DNA from: Octopus vulgaris
Taxonomy: Eukaryota
Assembly (NCBI GenBank): GCA_951406725.2
Contig: OX597817.1
Coordinates: 125,860,001 to 125,924,000 of the forward strand
Length of the DNA: 64,000 nucleotides
Direction: 5' to 3'
In this document: piece after piece, positions 56,239 to 64,000 of the stretch
Layout: the number at the start of each line of letters is the position of its first letter
How positions within the stretch are numbered: the stretch's first letter is position 1
The notes under the pieces: generated by a model
Told to the model about the DNA's origin: nothing
What the model saw: only the letters and a program-made list of their open reading frames with translations
Database searches by the model: none
Made by a program: the position numbers and the translations under genes

Positions 56239-56452
56239 AATAATAATGATACTTTTTATTATAAGCCTGAAATATTGGGGGAGGGCAATAGTCGATACCT
56301 CGATCCCAATGTTTCACTGGAACTTAATTTAGCGACCTCGAAAGAATGAAAGGCAAAGTGGACCGCAACGGAAAATAACACAGAACGTAGTGAGGGGCGA
56401 AATGCCGCTAAGCATTAAGTCCAGCGTGCTAACAATTATGCCAGCTCGCAGC
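56239..56452 (-). mobile_element. Meta-like tRNA SINE
   Basis: Minus strand GCTGCGAGCTGGCATAATTGTTAGCACGCTGGAC...CCACTTTGCCTTTCATTCTTTCGAGGTCGCTAAATTAAG. Confidence 0.85.
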
Positions 56453-56495
56453 TTCAATAATAATGATGATGATGATGATGATGATGATGACGACG

Positions 56496-56532
<37 letters not shown>

Positions 56533-56995
56533 GACCAAAACAATAAAGTTTGCTTATTGATCGACATGAGCATCCCCTGTGATCATAATATCTCAGCGAA
56601 AGAGTTTGACAAGCTCAGAAAATATAAAGACCTACTCATTGAAATTGAGAAAATGTGGCATCTCAAGGCGGTTACAATACCAGTGATCGTAGGAGCACTA
56701 GGAATGATCAAGAAGGGAACCGAAAATTATATGAGAATGATCCCTGGCTTACCATCCCTGCAAGAAGTGCAAAAGATTGTCTTAACTGGTACATCACACG
56801 TATTGAGAAGAGCATTGTCGATGTGAGAACTGTTGCTGCTCATGTATTTTAATTTAACTTAAAAAAAAAAAAATGAACGAACTACTGAGTTTGGTTTAAT
56901 GGCCTACCAATGTATACTATGAGTTTCTTTGCTCTAGGAGTCGGGAAGACACTCGGCAAGAAATGGAAGCAAATTTGAAAGAAGAAAAAAAAAAA
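56533..56995 (+). mobile_element. R4/Dong LINE, short 5'-truncated copy with an open RLE C-terminus and 3' UTR
   Basis: DQNNKVCLLIDMSIPCD..KLRKYKDLLIEIEKMW..IPVIVGALG..VQKIVLTGTSHVLRRALSM* (stop at 56824-56826); (AAT)n on both sides. Confidence 0.95.
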
Positions 56996-57337
56996 TAATA
57001 ATAATAAACTCATCTCCGCTACTATTTGTAATTGCATTAATACCCATACCAATGGCACTTAGGAAAGTTAAGATGGGTTACAGATAGGGGAAGAAAGACC
57101 CATCACTAATCATCTGTTTATGGATGATCTGAAATTGTTTGAGAAATCTGGAAAACAAGTAGATTCCTTAACCAAAACAGTCCAGAATTCCTTAACCAAA
57201 TAGCAGCCTGCAGAGGATTGCGGTTACCATCAGGAGAGACCTTTGCTGAACCCGACGGTGGTAGATATAAATATTTAGGGATTTTGGATCTAGATGACAT
57301 TCTACAGAGAAACGAAACGCAAGTTCAGCGAGGCGTA

Positions 57338-58530
57338 CAGGGTGGGGAAGCAAAATTTACAATATTTTGAGGCACGGATTGAAAGACAGTATATGACCAG
57401 TTTGTTTATTGAAAGTCATGAGAATTTATTTGCCACAAGACAATCTACATATATTCGGGAGAAAACTTCTCCCATTCTTCTTTAATAGTACCTTTAAGAG
57501 AGATGACATTGCTGTGTGATGTTCTATTGGTAGCATGTTCTAAAGCGCCCCAAATAGCATAATCCAGAGAGTTTAGATCTGGACTAGAATGCGGCCATAA
57601 ACATGATTCCAAAAAATTGCTGAAGTTGGATTTGCAGAAAATTTGTATTTTTGTAGTTGTGTGGGCTGGATCACCATCCTGTGTTCATACATAATTACCA
57701 TCTGGGTAGTTTGCTTTAAGCCATGGCAATACCTGGAGTCTTGTAGTAAGCATTAACATTGATCTTTTCATCAGCTTTGTAGAATTTTATAGGCATTTTC
57801 TTTCCATCGGAAGCCACAACACCAAAAGCCATAACATGAGCAGGATGTTTTCTTTTGAATGTCCCCTTAACCTCAGCTGTCAATTTTGCGATAAATCTGT
57901 CATTTCCGCTGTTCAGAACAGCATCGACAATGAAGATCTTTTTATCTGGAAAGATCGTTACAATGGGGGACTTTTTCTTGAGCCATGTAATAATTTTCTT
58001 GCACCTCTCCAATGTCTTTTCCTTCATAGCTGTTGTCAGCAAGTGTTTTGGTGTTCTCGTGTAGGATTTTAACCTCAAATCATATTTTACAGCATTTCTA
58101 ATGGTCTTGTTGTTTACCTTAAGTTCAATTGCTATTTTCCTCATGGATTTGGTTGGATCCTTTAGGATTTGGGATTTGAGAGCCTTAATAAAAGCTTTGG
58201 TACGTCTTTTGTTGATTCCTCAACTTCCAGACTTCCTCGTAATAGATTTGCTCATAGCCATTCTATTCTTTACATTATATATAGTCTTTATGGACACTCC
58301 AACTATTTTTGAAATCCCCTTTAGTGTGACGAGTGCATTCAGAAAATCACACACTCTTTGACTGTTGCTTTCCTGATTACTCATAAGGGCAAAACTTTCT
58401 GAAAAGGTACGGATAATAGTGTTAGGTATGAGTATGAAATCAATATAAGCTAGGTTTCAAAACAATTGACTTAGTGCCTCCTGAGAAAAAACAACTTAAC
58501 TTTCATTGTAAATTTTGCTTCCCCACCCTG
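57338..58530 (-). mobile_element. Full-length Tc1/mariner superfamily element, DD37D (maT) family, 1193 bp
   Basis: Perfect 26-bp TIRs CAGGGTGGGGAAGCAAAATTTACAAT (57338-57363 and 58505-58530); TA TSD at 57336-57337 and 58531-58532. Confidence 0.95.
57417..58384 (-). pseudogene. DD37D transposase pseudogene
   Basis: MSNQES..HTH..IFPDKKIF..VMAFGVVASDG..TQDGDPAH..WPHSSPDLNSLDYAIW, with 37 residues between the second and third Asp. Contains internal stops and frameshifts. Confidence 0.9.
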
Positions 58531-60486
58531 TATTAAAAAATGGGTGAAGATAGTGCTGGAATCCAACGTGAATGCCAAAAATTTGATTACTGAAAATTAA
58601 GGATGTCACTGTTATTCGTGTTGAGTTAGGACTTTAGAAGTTTGTATGTATGAATTAAGCAGTGCTTGTGATGATATTGTCTATAATAGTAGAGATGAAA
58701 ATTGTTATGCTGGCAGCACTGACGTAGTTTTCTTTGGAAAAGCAATCTCTCACATTTGATTTTATCTCCTAGTATTTTTGCTTTTCTGTTGGCCTGTTTC
58801 GGATCAATCACTTTCTTTCGTATTGTTTACTTGAATATGTAATTTAGACTCCTGTACATCCTCTTTATCATATACAATATTCTGCTGTTCTAAATGGGAA
58901 GTTACATATTTTGGGATTCACTGACTTTTGGTCTTGTCCTTGGTGGAACAACTGTTGCTGTTGGTAGTATGATGCATTTTGAGGTTGATGTTTCTCCTTT
59001 TGTTTTTGCTGTCATTTCAAAATTTGGTATCCTTGTTTTTGTTGTTGCCTTGATATTTTAAACCCCAATCTCGTATGTGATAAGTTAATCATTGTTATAG
59101 TTTCTGTTGATGTTCTTGTTATGGTTAATGCTGGTATTGTTTGTGTTGACTTTGTAGTAATAGTAATAATGGATGTTTTATTTCTAGTGTAATTTTCGTT
59201 GTTTCTTGAGCAGAAACTCTTAAGGTGATTAGTATTTCTAGAGTTGTAATAGAGGTGGTTTCTACTTTCTGTGCCACCAAAAGTTCTACCTTATCTCTGT
59301 TAGACCAGGAATTGTATCTAGTAATTCGAGTTTCAACTGAATCAAAATCTGTCAACTCAAAGCAACCCAATTTTCTTTTCGTAACTTGTTTATATTTAGT
59401 AGCATTATAGGTTCTTCGAAAACAACACATTTCATCACTTACTAGAAGTCTAGTTTCGAGGTTATGTTTGAGAGTTATAGTGCAACCTCTCTTCGTCCAA
59501 GGAGATCGGCATTCATGTGAAAATTTCAGTTTTACCAGATACACAGGAATGCTTCTGTTCCAGTGGATAACCACTGAGACGTATCAAAACTGATATTTTG
59601 CCATATGTTCTTTACACCTAGTTCAGCTTGGTCAAAATGCGAACACTGCAATTTGCATATATTCGCTGATAATCATATATACAGAATTATTTCCCTTCCT
59701 GCTCGATACCACGATGTGTTGCAGTATATTGAAAGTTTATTCCTCTCTTATAGTTTGATGATGTATTTCTCCAATTTTATTAAATGTTCATGCTTATTTT
59801 CGAGGAGGATGAACTGGAGCACTTTTTAAAATCTTAGTAAAAGTAATAACTTTGTTGTGTTAGTCGTGTTACACGCGTGTTTAGTACCATCATTGTTGTC
59901 ACACTTTTTATTTCTTATTAAGGTGTATTGAAAATACACGATTTGATTCATACGTCATTGTTCATGTGGACGCTACTTTTCCTGTTGTTCCTCTTGTTGT
60001 TATGGTTGTAACTTTAACTGAATTGAATGAACTTGCTGAGATTGATACTGCTACTAATTTTAGTTACTCCTGTCCCTATTGTATCGTGTGGTAGGAAATG
60101 ACTGCGATAGGTGATTTCAGCTTCAAAATCTTCTCTCATCTTCCTCTTATGCTGCATAGTTGAGAAAGATAATGACATTTTAAAATCTTTCTTTGTTACG
60201 AAAACATTTGCTTTCTTTTTCAAAAAGGTTGAGTAATAACAAACGTTGAACAGTTCCTTACATTTCTGATCAGCTGACAAATAAGGTTAAAAATCAGTAA
60301 AATGCGACTTCTAAAAGGGAAATCATGGCACAAACTCACACTCAGCTCAACGACAGCGATAAACGACAACGATGACGATGACAACGTTTCAAACAACAAC
60401 AGCCACAACGCAAACTGCAACAACAACAATAATAATTATTATTATTACTATTATTGACATAAGCAATCATTATAATTAATATTATT

Positions 60487-60694
60487 GGCGAGCAAGCAGA
60501 ATCGTTAGCATGCCGGGTGACATGCATAGCGATATTTCGTTTGTCACCACATTCTGAGATCGAATTACGACGAGGTCGACTTTACATTTCATCCTTTCAT
60601 GTTCAAGGAATTAAGCACAAGTGAAACACTGGGGTCGATGTAAGTGACTAGTCCCCTCCCCCAAATTTCAGGCCTTGTGTCTATAATAGAAAGG

Positions 60695-60733
<39 letters not shown>

Positions 60734-60738
60734 GTTAT
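60487..60738 (+). mobile_element. Meta-like tRNA SINE with (ATT)n tail
   Basis: GGCGAGCAAGCAGAATCGTTAGCATGCCGGG...GAGGTCGACTTTACATTTCATCCTTTC...TTTCAGGCCTTGTGTCTATAATAGAAAGG followed by (ATT)n. Confidence 0.9.
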
Positions 60739-63106
60739 TTCTAATCGTTAAGCAAGGCCAAGTATTTTGTTGGGCTGCCGCACGTCTGTACGATAGACCA
60801 CAATCAATGGTATATTATTTTAGTGACCCTACTCAAACAAAATCGGCAATGGTGAAAACGATGTATATTTATTTAGCAAAATGGAGAAATGAGGCAACAA
60901 ATATAAAATGAAACAAAAGTTCAAAATAGTAGCTTCAATATTAGTGAAACGAAGACCACTAGGATCACAGTAAAGGATTAAATAAATCCTATCAGTAAAG
61001 GTTTGCAGGATAAGCCGCTTCAAATACCTACATCGTGATGCTTCGGTAAGATAAAAAATTGTTTTAGTTAAACATATAGGAACGTTACTAACATATACAT
61101 AACATACAAGGTCACACCACCTATACGGACGTCTAGGACGATTGAACTTCCTAGAATAGAATACAGGAGTACATTTTCAGCATAATCAAAATTAATGATC
61201 ATTTAGATTGCTCAGCGGAGTAAAGGATAAAGAAAATACAATAGCGTCTCAAAATCAGTTAGCCAGACCAAGAAAACATCGGGTAAACCAGAGATTAACA
61301 AATTCCCCAGTTATTGGGCTCTGGACTATAAAACTATAAATCTATAAAAATATGAACCTAAATATTAATTCTTGAACGAGAAAAAAATTCAGACATCCCC
61401 AGAAATGTAATTTACTTGTAAATCTTTTAGAGAGCCCTAATTTCATACTTTATAATACCTACAGCGCAAGAATATTACAAAAGAAGCAAAAAAGGAAGCC
61501 AGAAAATGATCAAAGATCTAAAATTATAGCATTAAAAAAACCGTTATGTATATGATAAATCCATTTTAAATTTTTCTGACGGCGAAATTCGAATGCATTT
61601 ATCTGCTGAGTTTAAGAGTTAGTAACTACGAATCAGCCTACAAACATTTTCACTAACCCCACAAATATTTTTGAAATTGCGGCACACAGAACGTATTCAC
61701 ATTCAAATACGTTCATCCAACGTAGTTCAAAACAATCTAACACTCTACATTTATTTCAGTCAAACATCAGCCCGAAGTTTTTTTGTTTTTTTTTTTTTTT
61801 TACTTACCGCGTCACTTCGTTCAAAATTTGAGACCTTCTTTTCCTGTACCGCATCTTTACACAAATGAAAGACAATAAATTTTGATGCTACAATAAACCA
61901 TCGTGGCGAAATTTGGAAAAATGATTGTCAGCATGGTTGGTCATCAATCTCTAACAAGATAAAATTCAAAAGGAGAAAATAATTGTGGTTCCAGCTTCTC
62001 TCTCGTTCAACTACATAAAATCCTCGAAACCTTCACAAGAAAAAATAGCAAACAAAGAAAAAGTATTAGAACGTGACGAAATGGATAAACAGAAAACTTC
62101 GAATGCACACCCAAAAATGTGCGTTTTGTTAAATATATGTATGTGTATGTTTATGTGTTTGTGTGTGCGTAAGTATGTGTGCGTGCGTGCGTGGTTATGC
62201 GTGTACATATATACGCACGCATATGTGCATGCATATGCCTGTGCGTACCTGTCTAAATTTGTATATATGTATACGACCAACTGTTTTTTACTTACGAATT
62301 TCATACACCCATGCGTGCGCATGTAAATATTCCAGTAGTAATGCAGAATAAAAGTATTGTTATGTTAGTTATTAATGCGTTAAAATAGAATATAATTTCC
62401 GTGACCGAGTTAACTTTTCGATTGATAAATTATTCTTTTAGGTTGTGTGCAGATTAGATAATAATATTCAGTATGTCTTTTGGCTGAATCTGTCTTCGAA
62501 TTAAAAATTTCGTAACTGATCTAGTTATCAGGCATCGTTAAAAAAGCTTGGTCGTTCTACAGAAGCATTTCACTTGAAATCTGATTAATAAGTTTGGTTC
62601 CAACTTACAAAACGTAATGACAGAATAAATTCTAAATCAAAATAAGGTCCCTGCACAATAGAAATAGCTACTAGATTAAGAGTCATCTGCGGTCACGAAG
62701 GTGAGTTATCTTCAAAATCTTAATCGTAATTAATTAAAACAGAATACAGTTAACAAGGATAGGCTGTGCATATGGTATTATAATTTTTTTTACAATTTTG
62801 GGCAAGTTTTGTTCTTATTTGATTTATTTAGTGAAGTATAATTTTTACCTGAAAACTCTGAGCAGTGATGAGAAGACTGGTATATGGGTGTCAGAAGTAA
62901 GGCTAACCACAACCCATATATACCCAGCTATATCAGCTTAAAATCGACTAAATTTCAACACTGTCTCCACCTTAATCAAGGGCAGGGTACCTAACAACCG
63001 ATGCCTGCGCTGCGTATTGGTTGACCTTATAAACGTCTGCATTTTCTGTAACCGCCCACAACCGTCTCTGTATGCTTGGATGTGCGCACGCACGCACGCT
63101 CGCACG

Positions 63107-63147
<41 letters not shown>

Positions 63148-63269
63148 TTACACCCAATTAGACTTTTACACATTAACTAGCTTCAGAAATTTGCAGCCAC
63201 GCTGGGAACCGCTGTTAGCTGTGCTACACTATCTGAAACCTCCTCTGATATTTAGCATTTAGTGAATGA

Positions 63270-64000
63270 GATAGTTTGATGTTGTTGTCCTCACCTGCGT
63301 TTCTTACTCGGAAATCTTGACAAGAGAAGATCCAGTTCTGTTTTGAAAACACATATACCTCCACCATGTCTCTGAAGTTTTTGGTAGGTTGCTGAAAGAG
63401 TTGTAGACCATTGGCACCCAAACATTTGCACTATTTTGTCCTGTATCATGATGGTGATGTTTAAATCTTTACTGCTATGTAGCAGCGCCCTCTGCTGCAG
63501 CTTGTGAAACTTACTCTCGCAAATTTTGTTACAAGTCCTTCGTTGATTTTTCTGGTATATGTTATCTTTTATCTTCCCCACCTGCGTTCTAGGGAGTAGG
63601 ATCTTCCTAGTAGCTGATATGTCGCAATGAGATCACTGTTTGTGTAGCTGGATTGCTTCGAGTTCCGTCGTTAATTAAAACACTGTGCGGTAACCAAATC
63701 TAGGAGCAGTAATCTAAGATGCTGAGAACATATGTCGTTCAGAGGACCATCATGGTTTATTGTTGTCTCTTTCCGAGTATTGTGGGGATCCATTCGGCCA
63801 GCCATCTGTATTTTATTGCTAATTTAGTATTATGCATCCGGATAGATGTATCATTACGAATGTCAATGCCCAGATCATGCACTGATTTTGATTCAAAGAT
63901 TGCATTCCAACCAGGCCCGTCCTCTATTTCTTTCTTTCCCTATAACACTAACAAACTACAATCCGATGCCATATTCCCATCCAGCAACGCTGTTGCAACT
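63270..64000 (-). mobile_element. CR1-group LINE, decayed RT C-terminal region (runs off the window)
   Basis: SVHDLGID..MMVL*TTYVLSILDYCS*IW.P..ELEAIQ..YSLERR..FKTELDLLL. Confidence 0.8.

Larger units (their letters stand above)
57008..58625 (+). mobile_element. R4/Dong RT fragment split by a maT transposon
   Basis: SPLLFVIALIP..FMDDLKLF..YKYLGI before 57337, continuing ..KKWVKIVLESNVNAKNLI after 58532. Confidence 0.8.

Noticed and set aside
58626-60300. Minus-strand ORF fragments (149 aa, 88 aa), possibly a decayed LINE ORF1
   Set aside because: No diagnostic motif was recognised with confidence; a profile search is needed.

Overview
AT-rich, microsatellite-dense eukaryotic DNA with no recognisable host protein-coding exon. 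The SINE families and R4/Dong LINEs look like those of octopus; that assignment is an inference from recognising the repeats. Almost all supplied ORFs are microsatellite artefacts or decayed transposon frames. Recognisable mobile elements are: several tRNA-derived SINE families, four R4/Dong (RLE) LINE fragments in (TAA)n tracts, RTE and CR1-group LINE ends, a Ty3/Gypsy 5' LTR plus gag, a full-length DD37D (maT) Tc1/mariner inserted into an R4 RT, mariner/Tigger MITEs and three Helitron pieces. The unexpected signal is a set of at least eight apparently unrelated small non-coding elements that each carry a type I hammerhead ribozyme motif, mostly with Penelope-like inverted or tandem architecture and often beside (TA)n. 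The best cases are a retrozyme-like tandem with an intact hammerhead and a predicted 474-nt monomer (12229-13113), a TSD-flanked palindrome whose hammerheads have a G3-C8 swapped core (28022-28354), and a tRNA-headed SINE ending in a hammerhead (32117-32393). All folds and alignments were read by eye, and none were computed.
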